A stretch of DNA of 64,000 nucleotides. Origin: Patescibacteria group bacterium (GTDB lineage Bacteria > Patescibacteriota > Patescibacteriia > UBA2591 > UBA6264). The notes beneath the pieces are model-generated. The model was not told the DNA's origin and did not search any database. It saw nothing but the letters and a program-made list of their open reading frames with translations. Position 1 is the stretch's first letter. Every line of letters begins with the position of its first letter. Positions 10,343-20,546 of this stretch are shown here, piece by piece. The stretch lies in NCBI GenBank assembly GCA_016784145.1, contig JADHVF010000003.1, positions 22,048 through 86,047 of the forward strand, read 5' to 3'. A program made the translations under genes and the position numbers.

Positions 10343-10705
10343 TTATGATTTTGATTTATGACTATGTTTTAATGATTCTCTTATTTTAGCTAGTTTTCTA
10401 AAAAAATCAAGATTAGTTAATTTTTTGAAAATATATTTTAAAATTAAATAAGTTTTTTTAAAAAACACATTAATCTTTTGAATATATTTTTTAATCAATA
10501 AAATTCTTCTAGAGAAACTATCTTTTATTTTATTTATTTTTCTATCAACCTTTTTTAGTAATAATCTCTTTTTAATTTCTGAAATTTCATCTGCTGTTGT
10601 ATCTGATAAATTAATTTTTGATAAAAAAAGAATTTTTTTTAAAAGAATATAAAAAATACCTCCCAAACAAGAAAAAGTAATAATTAAAAGAATAATATTA
10701 ATCAT
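10343..10705 (-). CDS. hypothetical small basic membrane protein
   Basis: N-terminal hydrophobic helix, K/R-rich remainder. Last gene of the fba-tpiA minus-strand string. Confidence 0.35.
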   Translation of the reverse strand: MINIILLIITFSCLGGIFYILLKKILFLSKINLSDTTADEISEIKKRLLLKKVDRKINKIKDSFSRRILLIKKYIQKINVFFKKTYLILKYIFKKLTNLDFFRKLAKIRESLKHSHKSKS

Positions 10706-10707
10706 TT

Positions 10708-11577
10708 TTAAAGTTTTTTATCATTTTTAAAAACTAAAATTTTGTTAGCAACAACATCAGAAATTTCATCTATTACTGGTGTTAATATTTTTCTAGGATC
10801 ATATTGGTCTTTGACTTTTAATGACTCTATTAAACTAGTCCTAAAGGCATATCTTATCTCTGTATCAATGTTAATTACTCTAACTCCAAGAGAAATTGCT
10901 TTTTTTATATCATGGTCTGGAATTTTAGATGCTCCATGAAGCACTAATGGAATTTTAACTTGTTTGGAAATATCTGCCAATCTATCTAAGTAAAGCTTTG
11001 GTGCTTTATGTTTAATTTTATAAAGTCCATGAATATTGCCAACTGCTATTGCTAGTGTATCAATTTTTGTTTTAGCAACAAATTCTTGTGCCTGGTCTGG
11101 GTCTGTCAAAAACTTGCTTGGATTAGATATCATTTCATTAATGTCTTGTTTATCCTTGACTATCATGCCTAGTTCTCCTTGGGCCCAAGCATTATGCTTG
11201 TGAGCATATTCAGTTGCTTTCTTGGTTATATTAATATTTTCACTAAAACTAGATTCTGAAGCATCAATCATAATAGAGGAAAAACCAGCCTCAATGCACT
11301 CGATTACAGATGAAAATTTTTTGCCATGATCTAAATGAAGGGCAATCGGAATATGTTTAAACTTATTTTTCGCAATCGTTCGCACAATATTCGCAATTAC
11401 TTTTGCACCAGCATATTTAAGGGTTGTTTCGCTTACCTGAATAATTATCGAACCATTAACCTTGTTAGCCCCAACCGCAATTGCATTTGTTATTTCTAGG
11501 TTAAAAGTATTAAAAGCTCCGACTGCATAACCTTTTTTATTAGCATTATCAATGATTTGTTTTATATGAACAAGCAT
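10708..11577 (-). CDS. fba: class II fructose-bisphosphate aldolase
   Basis: N-terminal KGYAVGAFN, ALHLDHG and IMIDAS zinc-aldolase motifs. Confidence 0.8.
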   Translation of the reverse strand: MLVHIKQIIDNANKKGYAVGAFNTFNLEITNAIAVGANKVNGSIIIQVSETTLKYAGAKVIANIVRTIAKNKFKHIPIALHLDHGKKFSSVIECIEAGFSSIMIDASESSFSENINITKKATEYAHKHNAWAQGELGMIVKDKQDINEMISNPSKFLTDPDQAQEFVAKTKIDTLAIAVGNIHGLYKIKHKAPKLYLDRLADISKQVKIPLVLHGASKIPDHDIKKAISLGVRVINIDTEIRYAFRTSLIESLKVKDQYDPRKILTPVIDEISDVVANKILVFKNDKKL

Positions 11578-11582
11578 AAAAT

Positions 11583-12359
11583 TTAAATTATTAATTCACA
11601 CATTTTTATAAACTCTTTTGGATCTAATGATGCTCTGCCAATCAAAACGCCATCAATTAAATCTTTGGCTACAAACGAAGATATATTTTTAGAATTAACG
11701 CTGCCGCCATAAATAATTCTAATATTATTTTGAACTATTTTTAATGGGAAGATATCAATCATTGCTTGTTTTATTATTTTACTCATATATTCTGCGTGAG
11801 ATGGACGAATAGCTCTACCCGTGCCAATGGCCCATGAGGGCTCATAAGCAATGATAATTTCTTCTGCTGAAGTAATTTTAACTCCTGACAAAACCTTTAT
11901 TAGCCAGTCAAGAACAACATAATTATTAATCCCTTTAGCAAAATCATCTAATGTTTCTCCAACACAAACTACTGGCGTCATCTTATTTTTAACAACTGCT
12001 TTTATTTTTTCTTGAATCATCTCCCCTGTTTCCCTTAATTCTCTCATTCTTTCTGAATGACCTAAAATTACATATTTGCATCCTGTTTTAGCAAGCCAAG
12101 CAGGAGAAACTTCTCCTGTAAAGTTTCCTTTATCTTGCCAAAAACAATTTTGAGCCCCTAAAAAATAATTTTTGAACAATCTTGAATTAAGCAATTTAGA
12201 CATATCTGCCAAACCGAGAAAAGATGGGCAATAAACAATATCAAGATTAGATATTTTTTTATTTTTATTTATTTTCTTGGCAATTTTACGAACAATCTTC
12301 ATTCCATCTCCTGGAAAGACATTCATTTTCCAATTACCAATAATTATTGATTTTTTCAT
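11583..12359 (-). CDS. tpiA: triosephosphate isomerase
   Basis: IIGNWKMN, ILGHSERR, AYEPSWAIGTG signature motifs. Confidence 0.85.
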   Translation of the reverse strand: MKKSIIIGNWKMNVFPGDGMKIVRKIAKKINKNKKISNLDIVYCPSFLGLADMSKLLNSRLFKNYFLGAQNCFWQDKGNFTGEVSPAWLAKTGCKYVILGHSERMRELRETGEMIQEKIKAVVKNKMTPVVCVGETLDDFAKGINNYVVLDWLIKVLSGVKITSAEEIIIAYEPSWAIGTGRAIRPSHAEYMSKIIKQAMIDIFPLKIVQNNIRIIYGGSVNSKNISSFVAKDLIDGVLIGRASLDPKEFIKMCELII

Positions 12360-12368
12360 AAAAAAATA

Positions 12369-12833
12369 TTAATTAATCATAGCAACAACTCCCATTGTAG
12401 ACAAAGTAACTATAATTCCGGCTATCACAACACCAAGAGAAATTAAACTTAAAGCCCTGTGGTAAGAAATATTAAACAAGAAAGCAGCTACTGTCCCTGT
12501 CCAAGCTCCAGTAAAGGGCAGGGGGATAGCAACTAACAAAATTAGAGCAATGTCTCCATAAACTTTGTGTTTTTTATAAAAACGATTATATGTTCTTTTG
12601 AATATCCATTGAAAAAAATAATTTATTCTTTTACTAGCTTTCATTAATTTAGTTGATAAATATTTCCAAAACCATAAAAGAAAAAAAACAGGAATCATGT
12701 TTCCAAGCACTGCCAAACAAAATGTTTTCAAAACTGGCAAATCAAGCATTGTGATTGCAAATGGAATTGTTCCTCTTAATTCATTAACCGGAGTCATTGC
12801 CAATAAAATTGTTTTTATCTCGGGAGTCATCAT
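12369..12833 (-). CDS. small polytopic membrane protein (COG2426-like, putative small exporter)
   Basis: 154 aa, four hydrophobic segments, ELRGTIPFAI N-terminal motif. Confidence 0.3.
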   Translation of the reverse strand: MMTPEIKTILLAMTPVNELRGTIPFAITMLDLPVLKTFCLAVLGNMIPVFFLLWFWKYLSTKLMKASKRINYFFQWIFKRTYNRFYKKHKVYGDIALILLVAIPLPFTGAWTGTVAAFLFNISYHRALSLISLGVVIAGIIVTLSTMGVVAMIN

Positions 12834-12859
12834 TAATTAATATAACACAACTATTTGTT

Positions 12860-13819
12860 TTATTGAATAAGCTTTTTTTTATTTAATTGATTAGCCCCCC
12901 AATAAATTAGGGATTTTACCTGTTCAAACCTGCTTTCACTGGTGGCTGCTCCTAAAATAACAACTATCACCTTTTGACCAAGATACTCTCCTGTGCCAGC
13001 AAAGCAATATCCCCCTTCATCAAGATAGCCTGTTTTTCCATAAATATTATCAATAAAACTATTTAATAAAATGTTTGTATTATAAATTGCCTGCGTTTTT
13101 TTATTTTTACTTGAATCAATTATGTTAATTCTATGAAATTTTTTTTCTAAAGCACTTGTAATGTCTTGATTTTTACTTATTTCTAATATTAATTTTGCTA
13201 AATCTTGAGTAGTTGAATAATTTTTATGATTCAACCCAGTTGAGTCAACAAAATGCGTATTAAGCATTCCAATGTCTTGAGCTTTTTCATTCATTAAATC
13301 AATAAAAGTTTTTCCACAACAAGGAATAGATGAGATTCTAGCTAAAACATTAGAGGCATTGTTGGCGGATTTAATCATTGTCCCATAAAAAATATCTTGG
13401 ACTGTAATTTTATCTCCCTGACTTATTTTAAGACCTGATGGCTCTAAATCACTTTCTATATATGCTTTTAAATCAGAAGTATAAGGAGACTCTGTGTCCA
13501 GATTTAAGTACTGTGGTTTAATCAAAATTAAATCATTCCAATTCTTTTCATTGTTATTTAAAAATACCAAAGCTGTCATTAATTTTGTGATACTAGCAAT
13601 TGGCAAAATAGATTGTTTTGACTTGTCCAATAAAACTTTCCCGGTTTCAGCGTCAATCACAATAGCACTCTGGGCGTCCAGTACTGGCCCAAGAGAAACT
13701 GTTGAAATTTCTGCCAATGCTGCATCTTCTTGAGATAAAACATTGTCCCAAAAAATAACCGAGCTTAATGCTGGTGATGATGAAACTAAAAAAAATAAAA
13801 ATAAAATTTTTGTTATCAT
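12860..13819 (-). CDS. serine-type D-Ala-D-Ala carboxypeptidase (S11/PBP5 family)
   Basis: Signal peptide, SITK (SxxK), SANNAS (SxN), GKTGY (KTG) motifs. Confidence 0.75.
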   Translation of the reverse strand: MITKILFLFFLVSSSPALSSVIFWDNVLSQEDAALAEISTVSLGPVLDAQSAIVIDAETGKVLLDKSKQSILPIASITKLMTALVFLNNNEKNWNDLILIKPQYLNLDTESPYTSDLKAYIESDLEPSGLKISQGDKITVQDIFYGTMIKSANNASNVLARISSIPCCGKTFIDLMNEKAQDIGMLNTHFVDSTGLNHKNYSTTQDLAKLILEISKNQDITSALEKKFHRINIIDSSKNKKTQAIYNTNILLNSFIDNIYGKTGYLDEGGYCFAGTGEYLGQKVIVVILGAATSESRFEQVKSLIYWGANQLNKKKLIQ

Positions 13820-14787
13820 AATTTAATAATCTTTCCTAATTTATATAACCAATACCACCTAGAAGAATTAATAACATCAAATGTGCCTAAATATTTCACA
13901 GTGTTCCCGCCAAAACTTTTTTTAAATCGCGTTAAATTGATCCATTTTAACTTATTTATTCCCCAAAAATCATATTGTTTAACTCCTTGCTTAATTGCTT
14001 GTTGAATAATGCTCCAATGAAGCAAATGAGGAGCCATTACATTTTTATTAACAAGAGATGACCCTCCATGAAGATAAAAAGCTGTATCTTTCCAAAAAAG
14101 AACAAGATATCCGCACAATATCTTGTTTTTATATTTAGCAAAATAAAGAGAAATTTTTGATTTATTAAAATTTATAAGTTTTTTATAATAATCGTCTGAA
14201 TGAATATTAAATTTTTGTCGACTGGCTGTTTTGTGTAGAAGATTCAAGAAAATTTCTATATATTTATCAGAATTATCTTGAAAAACCTGAACATTATGCC
14301 TATCTGCTAATTTAATATTATATCTTGTTTTATAATGCATGTTAGCTAAAATTTCTTGTTTTGGAATACTGATATCCAAAATAGTTGTAATTGAAGGTTG
14401 AATATCTTTTATTCTTTTAAAATGTAAATTGAGTTGGTCTAATGCAATGTCTGTGGATGGCTCAATTCTAAAAAAAATAGCATTAGATTGACTAGATATT
14501 TGTTTTATTTTATTAAAAAACAATTTTAAAGCAAGCTCGTCAATTTTTAAAGGAAAAACAGGCCCCCTGGGGATATAAAAATAACTCCTTCTAAAAGGTA
14601 AATTATATTTTATAATTAGCCCCGCCAAAATAATCTTGTCATTTTGTTTAACCGCCAATCTCCAAACCTGTCTATTTAATTTTTTTTGAAAATCTCCCCA
14701 AAACCATGATTGAAGAAAATCACCGTGCAATAATATAAAATCATCCCACTCTTGCTTGGATTGCTTGGTTACTTCAATTATTTCCAT
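13816..14787 (-). CDS. FemAB-family aminoacyltransferase (peptidoglycan interpeptide bridge, FemX-like)
   Basis: FLQSWFW...YFYIPRGPV parallels the FemX YFYSNRGPV N-terminal region. 323 aa, no coiled-coil insert. Confidence 0.6.
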   Translation of the reverse strand: MEIIEVTKQSKQEWDDFILLHGDFLQSWFWGDFQKKLNRQVWRLAVKQNDKIILAGLIIKYNLPFRRSYFYIPRGPVFPLKIDELALKLFFNKIKQISSQSNAIFFRIEPSTDIALDQLNLHFKRIKDIQPSITTILDISIPKQEILANMHYKTRYNIKLADRHNVQVFQDNSDKYIEIFLNLLHKTASRQKFNIHSDDYYKKLINFNKSKISLYFAKYKNKILCGYLVLFWKDTAFYLHGGSSLVNKNVMAPHLLHWSIIQQAIKQGVKQYDFWGINKLKWINLTRFKKSFGGNTVKYLGTFDVINSSRWYWLYKLGKIIKL

Positions 14788-14826
14788 TTTTCTATTTTAA
14801 CACAAATTGAATTAAAATAAAAATAA

Positions 14827-14849
14827 AAAAAGCAAAAATATTTGCTTTT
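14827..14849 (-). terminator. rho-independent terminator for the mscS-like gene (hairpin is bidirectional)
   Basis: AAAAGCAAA-aata-TTTGCTTTT hairpin flanked by A-run and T-run. Confidence 0.5.
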
Positions 14850-14862
14850 GTTTAGAAATGAC

Positions 14863-14984
14863 TATTGATTAGTGATTATTGATTATTGATTATTGATTAT
14901 TAATTATTGATTAGTGATTATTGATTAGTGATTATTGATTATTGATTAGTGATTATTAATTAGTGATTATTGATTATTATTCTG
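14863..14984. repeat. TGATTAn heptad microsatellite (about 17 units)
   Basis: ttgattagtgattattgattattgatta... period 7, between mscS stop (14977) and terminator. Confidence 0.85.
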
Positions 14985-16032
14985 TTTTTTCAATATAAAT
15001 ACTTTGCGTTGGAAAAGCCATTGAAATTCCTTCTTTGGTAAAAGATTTTTTAATCCCAAAAAGAATATTCTGATGAACGTCTCTATAATCTCTGTATTCA
15101 GAAGAAAGAACATAATAAATAACATCAAAACTAAGCGAAGAATCTCCAAATTCAACAAAATGAACTCTATCAAAGCGAGCTTTTGGTTCAGAATCTATTA
15201 CATGCTCAACGATTTTATTAACCTTAACTAGATTTTCAGAAGAAGTGCGATAATCAACTCCAAATGAAAATACTGCTCTCCTTTCTTCCATGCTCTTAAA
15301 ATTGGCTATCCTTGATGAAGTTAATTCTTTATTAGAGATAATAATTTCTTCTCCTTGTAAAGACCTGATACGAGTTGTTTTTATCCCTATTTTTTCTACA
15401 ATACCATTATGCTTACCAACTACAATAAAATCACCAATAACAAATGGTTTGTCAAAATAAATTGCAAAAGAAGAAAATAAATCTTCTAAAATATTTTGAA
15501 GTGCTATGGCAACGGCTATTCCACCTACTCCTAATCCAGCAACAAGGGAATTAATATTAACGCCCAAGTTTGATAGAACCATTAATGATCCAATTGACCA
15601 TAAAACCCATTTAATTATTTTTTTTATTAAAATAATGGCTGTTTTGGATTCAGTTTGTTTTTCTTTTTTTAATTTTTCTGCAATAACATAATCAAGTAAA
15701 ATTTGAAATGCCAATACAACCTGATAAATAATACTAACTGATAAAAAAGCTGTAATTATTTTTTGAATAACATCACTAATGTTCAAAAAAAATAAAGCAA
15801 AATAAATTGCTAATAATAAATAAAAATACGATTTAATTGATTGAACTATTTTAATTAAAACATCGTCAACATTTGTCTTTGTTTTCTGAGCAATTTTTTT
15901 TAATCGCATTATAATCACCCCCTGAAATGCTTTAAAGAAAATGAAAAAAAATAAGAAAGCAAATAATGCCAACGAATAATCTTTGATTGAATTTGATGAA
16001 AAATTATATTCTAAAAATTCAAAACTAAACAT
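14977..16032 (-). CDS. small-conductance mechanosensitive channel (MscS family)
   Basis: TM3-beta domain motif FDKPFVIGDFIVVGKHNGIVEKIGIKTTRIRSLQGEEIIISN. Confidence 0.8.
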   Translation of the reverse strand: MFSFEFLEYNFSSNSIKDYSLALFAFLFFFIFFKAFQGVIIMRLKKIAQKTKTNVDDVLIKIVQSIKSYFYLLLAIYFALFFLNISDVIQKIITAFLSVSIIYQVVLAFQILLDYVIAEKLKKEKQTESKTAIILIKKIIKWVLWSIGSLMVLSNLGVNINSLVAGLGVGGIAVAIALQNILEDLFSSFAIYFDKPFVIGDFIVVGKHNGIVEKIGIKTTRIRSLQGEEIIISNKELTSSRIANFKSMEERRAVFSFGVDYRTSSENLVKVNKIVEHVIDSEPKARFDRVHFVEFGDSSLSFDVIYYVLSSEYRDYRDVHQNILFGIKKSFTKEGISMAFPTQSIYIEKTE

Positions 16033-16043
16033 AATTATAATTA

Positions 16044-17465
16044 TTAAAACGGGTCTTCAACACTTATTTTATCAGATTCTCCTGAATAAGCAAGTCTTTT
16101 TTCTAAATTTTTAAAACTAGCCGATGCTTCATTGAAATACATTTTAATCATACCACCAGCTGGACCATGACGATGTTTAGCAACATGAATTTCGGCTATG
16201 TTTCTTTCTTCGTCAGGGCAAACCTTAATCCCCTTGTCCATAATTTTACGATATATAAACATAACCACATCTGCATCTTGTTCTAAACTGCCTGATTCAC
16301 GTAAGTCAGATAATTTTGGAATTGACGGAGTTCTTGCTTCTGGAGCACGCGAAAGTTGAGAAAGCGCTAAGACTGGAATGTCTAATTCTCTGGCAATTGC
16401 CTTCAATGCCCTTGATATTGCTGAAACTTCTTGAACCCTGCCTTCACTAGATCTTAATCCTGAATCCATTAACTGTAAGTAATCCAAAATCAATAGTCCT
16501 AAGCCATGTTCTGCCTTTAATCTTCTTGCTTTTGTCTTAATTTCAATGCTATTTACAATTGGAGAATCATCCATATATATAGGAGCTTCTGATAATGCGC
16601 CAAAAGCATTACCAAGCTTTTGAAAATCGCCACCAGCGTCCTCTTGCTTGCCTGTTAATTGCCCTGTTCTCATTTTCCAAATATTTACATCAGCATGAGC
16701 GCATATTAGCCTGTCAGTTAATTGCTCTTTTGACATTTCTAAACTAAAAATACCAACTGGAACTTTTTGATAAACCGCCACTTGTCTAGCAATGTCTAAT
16801 GCTAAAGAAGATTTTCCAATTGATGGTCTAGCTGCTAGTATAATTAATTCAGATGGCTGAAGCCCTGCTAAAACATTATCCAAGTCAACAAAACCAGTTG
16901 GAACACCTCTGAAACTTTTTTCTCCTTTATGTAGTTCGTCTACTCTTTCAAATGCTTCTGTCAAGGTACTCTTAAGTGGGACAAACTTTTGTTTTAAAAT
17001 TGCTTGAGAAACAGAAAATATTTTTTGTTCTGCTTTATCTAAAATTTTAACAAGATCCTTGCCCTTGGAATAAGCTAATTGAATTGTTTCTGTTGAAAAC
17101 TTTATTAATTTTCTAAGAGAAGATTTTTTTTGGATAATCTTAGCATAAGAAATGGCATTACTTGAATCAGGAACACTGTTGGACAAAGAAGCTAAATAAC
17201 TTCTTCCACCAATGTCTTTTAATTGATTTTTCTCCTCTAAAAGGTCAGCAATACTCAATGTATCAATTGGCTCTCTTTTGTCCCAAGCATCTATCATTGC
17301 CAAAAAAATCATTTTATGAGAATCTTTATAAAAATCATCTGCAATAACAATGTCAGCAATTTTAATCATAACATCTTTATCAATCAACAAAGACCCAAGC
17401 AATGCTTGTTCTGCTTCTATGTTCTGAGGAGGCAATTTTTCTATTGATTCTTTCTTTTTAGCCAT
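16044..17465 (-). CDS. dnaB: replicative DNA helicase DnaB
   Basis: PPQNIEAEQALLGSLLID N-terminal signature, Walker A ARPSIGKSSLALDIA, RecA-like C-terminal domain. Length 473 aa (no intein). Confidence 0.85.
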   Translation of the reverse strand: MAKKKESIEKLPPQNIEAEQALLGSLLIDKDVMIKIADIVIADDFYKDSHKMIFLAMIDAWDKREPIDTLSIADLLEEKNQLKDIGGRSYLASLSNSVPDSSNAISYAKIIQKKSSLRKLIKFSTETIQLAYSKGKDLVKILDKAEQKIFSVSQAILKQKFVPLKSTLTEAFERVDELHKGEKSFRGVPTGFVDLDNVLAGLQPSELIILAARPSIGKSSLALDIARQVAVYQKVPVGIFSLEMSKEQLTDRLICAHADVNIWKMRTGQLTGKQEDAGGDFQKLGNAFGALSEAPIYMDDSPIVNSIEIKTKARRLKAEHGLGLLILDYLQLMDSGLRSSEGRVQEVSAISRALKAIARELDIPVLALSQLSRAPEARTPSIPKLSDLRESGSLEQDADVVMFIYRKIMDKGIKVCPDEERNIAEIHVAKHRHGPAGGMIKMYFNEASASFKNLEKRLAYSGESDKISVEDPF

Positions 17466-17530
17466 AAAAACGTATTTACAAATTATATTTTATATATTAT
17501 AATATTTTTACAACTTTTACAACAAAAACT

Positions 17531-17785
17531 TTGCACATTTTATTAACATTATTTTTTATGAACCAAAAAAACATTAGAGGATTCACCGTACTGTTTCGTG
17601 CTCCAGCCAAACAAGGAGTTGACCATCTTGCTTATACCTTGAGTTCTACTGAGATGAACTCTATTTTTCGTAATGCTCGTATATCTGGAAAAATAAAATT
17701 TGAAGACAGGCAAGGCAGAAACTTTACTTTGATATCTAAACACAACGGGAAATATGTAGTGAAAAAAAGAAGCGGTTGGTTCTAA
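17531..17785 (+). CDS. hypothetical protein (84 aa)
   Basis: ORF only. No recognised motif. Confidence 0.25.
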   Translation: MHILLTLFFMNQKNIRGFTVLFRAPAKQGVDHLAYTLSSTEMNSIFRNARISGKIKFEDRQGRNFTLISKHNGKYVVKKRSGWF

Positions 17786-17798
17786 TCCTAATTAACAA

Positions 17799-17869
17799 GC
17801 CCCCATAGCTCAATGGTAGAGCAGCTGCCTTTTAAGCAGTTGATGTGTGTTCGATTCCCTCTGGGGGCA
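17799..17869 (+). tRNA. tRNA-Lys (TTT)
   Basis: Acceptor GCCCCCA/TGGGGGC, D-arm GCTC-AATGGTA-GAGC, anticodon loop CTTTTAA. T-stem pairing looks weak in my manual fold. Confidence 0.6.
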
Positions 17870-17930
17870 TAAATTTTCTCAAACTAGTTTGAGGATTTTT
17901 TATTTTTAAAAATATGATATAATAATTTAT

Positions 17931-20546
17931 ATGATAGAAAAAAATTGGCACAATTTATCAATAGAAAATATTTTTCAAAAATTAGGCACAAATGAAAATG
18001 GAATCAACAATGAGCAAGCAAAAGAGAGATTAAAAAAATATAAAGAAAATATTTTGCCCAAAGAAAAAAAATTTTCAATAATAAAAATTATTATTGAACA
18101 ATTTAAAAGTCCGTTGGTTTATATCTTATTAATAGCTTCTATAATTTCTTTTTTATTGAAAGAATTTATTGATATGTGGATAATTTTATCCGCTGTTTTT
18201 ATTAATGCCATAATTGGTTTTTTTCAAGAATACAAAGCAGAAAAAACCTTTCTTCATTTAAGAAAATTGGTTCAATACAAATCAAGAGTTTTAAGAAAAG
18301 ACATGGCTTCAAATAAAAGCAATGAAAGTATTATAAATAACAAATATATTGTACCAGGTGATATTATTATATTAAAACCAGGCGATGTAGTAGGAGCTGA
18401 CGCCAGAATAATTAAATCCAATGGACTAAAAGTAAAAGAGGCGATTTTAACAGGCGAATCAACTCCTTCTCTTAAACATTCTAACAAATTGTCTAAAAAT
18501 ATTGGGTTGGCTGACAAAGAAAATATGATTTATGCTGGCACAAATATAGTTGGAGGCACTGCCATGGCTATTGTTATAGCCACTGGCAGTAATACTGAAT
18601 TAGGGAAAATTGCTAACCTAATTAAATCAACCACCAAGGAAAAAACCCCGCTTCAAAACAAAATTGCTCATATGGCTGGTTGGCTAGGAATTATCATTGG
18701 AATAATGTGTTTAATATTATTCGTATCTGGAGTTATGCTGGGCAGACCATTTTTTGAAATGCTTTTAATTTCTGTGGCCGTGGCCGTGGCTGGTATTCCT
18801 GAAGGACTAGCCATTGCGGTAACAGTTTGTTTAGCTGTTGGCATGCAAGCAATTTTACAAAAAAAAGCATTAATTAAAAAATTAATCGCTACTGAAACAC
18901 TAGGGTCAATCACTGTTATTGCTTCTGACAAAACAGGCACATTAACTGAGGGGCGAATGACTGTAGTGGATATAATCCCACACCTTTCTAAAACAGGATC
19001 ACAAGAATTATTAAAAATTGGCCTACTTTGTAATAATGCTATAATTAAACTCCCTGAAGATAAAACAGACAACCCCATAATCAATGGTGACCCAACTGAA
19101 ATAGCTCTTTTAACCGCTTCCATGGCCTCTGAACTTGAAAGAAAAGCTATCTTAAAAAAATATCCTCGAATTGATGAACTCCCGTTTGAATCAAAAAACA
19201 TGTATATGGCAACGCTTCATAAAGTATTAGACAAGCAAAACAAGAAAGAACTATTAGTGAAAGGAGCTCCTGAAAAAATTATAAATTTATCTAGCCTAAA
19301 CAACGCAGACAAACAAGCGATAATAACTAAAACAAACACCCTAACAAGTAAAGGATTAAGAGTCATTGCCTTTGCTAAAAAAATAAGTAGCCAACAAAAT
19401 AATACAATCCTAAAAGAAGATTTACAAAATCTTGAATTTATTGGCCTAATTGCAATCAAAGATCCTTTAAGAAAAAACGCCAAACAAACCATTAAAACCT
19501 GCGAATTAGCAGGCATAAAACCAATTATAATGACTGGTGACCATGAACTAACAGCCAAAGCGATTGCAATAGAGATAGGATTAATCAAGAAAAATGAAAA
19601 AATATTAATAGGCAAAGAATTAGACAAAATGTCAGACAAAGAACTAGGCTCTGTTTTAAAAACTAGTAATGTTTATGCGCGAGTTGAACCAAAACATAAA
19701 ATTAGAATTATTAATTTACTACAAAAACAAGGAGAAATCGTGGCCATGGCCGGAGACGGAGTAAATGATGCCCCGGCCATAAAAGCAGCTAATATAGGGA
19801 TATCACTTGGATCTGGATCTGAAATAACCAAACAAACAGCTGAAATGATTTTAATTGATAATAATTTTCAAACCATACTTGAAGCAATCAAACAGGGGAG
19901 AAATATATTTCAAAATATAAAAAAAATTATATTATTCTTGCTAGCTGATATTTTTACTGAATTTATCCTAATAGGAAGTACATTGCTAATGGGATTTCCG
20001 TTACCATTAATAGCCGGGCAAATTTTATGGATAAACATCATAGAAGACACATTGCCTGCCATGGCTTTGTCTTATGAGAAAGGAAACAAAAATATATTAA
20101 AAGAGAAAAAAACAAAGACAGACAGCAAATTATTAGACTCGGAAATGAAAGTCTTAATATTTATTATTGGCATAATTACTGATTTTATATTATTTGGATT
20201 ATTCTTATACCTTTATTATTATAAAAATCTAGACATCTCATATATAAGAACAATGATTTTCGCAGGACTAGGCATTGATACTCTTTTTATTGTGTTTTCC
20301 TGCAAAAACTTAAGACAAAAAATATGGGAATACAACCCTTTTGATAATTATTTTTTAAACCTTAGCGTTATCTTTGGTTGGGCAATGTTAATAATCGCAG
20401 TTTATTTGCCATTTTTTCAAAAAATCCTACAAACAACCTCTCTTAATTATAATGATTGGTTAATATTAATTTCACTTGGACTTATAAACCTTGTATTAAT
20501 AGAAATAGGAAAATCTTTTTATATCACTAAAAAACAAAAAACATGA
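17931..20546 (+). CDS. P-type cation-transporting ATPase (Ca2+/Mg2+ type, P2)
   Basis: DKTGTLTEG phosphorylation site, GDGVNDAPAIKAANIG hinge, TGES actuator motif (LTGES), 10 TM helices. Confidence 0.85.
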   Translation: MIEKNWHNLSIENIFQKLGTNENGINNEQAKERLKKYKENILPKEKKFSIIKIIIEQFKSPLVYILLIASIISFLLKEFIDMWIILSAVFINAIIGFFQEYKAEKTFLHLRKLVQYKSRVLRKDMASNKSNESIINNKYIVPGDIIILKPGDVVGADARIIKSNGLKVKEAILTGESTPSLKHSNKLSKNIGLADKENMIYAGTNIVGGTAMAIVIATGSNTELGKIANLIKSTTKEKTPLQNKIAHMAGWLGIIIGIMCLILFVSGVMLGRPFFEMLLISVAVAVAGIPEGLAIAVTVCLAVGMQAILQKKALIKKLIATETLGSITVIASDKTGTLTEGRMTVVDIIPHLSKTGSQELLKIGLLCNNAIIKLPEDKTDNPIINGDPTEIALLTASMASELERKAILKKYPRIDELPFESKNMYMATLHKVLDKQNKKELLVKGAPEKIINLSSLNNADKQAIITKTNTLTSKGLRVIAFAKKISSQQNNTILKEDLQNLEFIGLIAIKDPLRKNAKQTIKTCELAGIKPIIMTGDHELTAKAIAIEIGLIKKNEKILIGKELDKMSDKELGSVLKTSNVYARVEPKHKIRIINLLQKQGEIVAMAGDGVNDAPAIKAANIGISLGSGSEITKQTAEMILIDNNFQTILEAIKQGRNIFQNIKKIILFLLADIFTEFILIGSTLLMGFPLPLIAGQILWINIIEDTLPAMALSYEKGNKNILKEKKTKTDSKLLDSEMKVLIFIIGIITDFILFGLFLYLYYYKNLDISYIRTMIFAGLGIDTLFIVFSCKNLRQKIWEYNPFDNYFLNLSVIFGWAMLIIAVYLPFFQKILQTTSLNYNDWLILISLGLINLVLIEIGKSFYITKKQKT

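Noticed and set aside
16044-17465. Intein in DnaB or NrdJ
   Set aside because: Both proteins have normal lengths (473 and 743 aa). No Hint/LAGLIDADG block interrupts the conserved motifs.
17549-17743. Minus-strand 64-aa ORF overlapping the 84-aa plus-strand ORF
   Set aside because: No motif and no SD. It overlaps an equally unsupported ORF. Only the longer plus-strand ORF is listed, and that with low confidence.
18272-19639. Antisense ORFs inside the P-type ATPase gene
   Set aside because: Embedded in a strongly supported CDS. Low-complexity mirror-frame artefacts.
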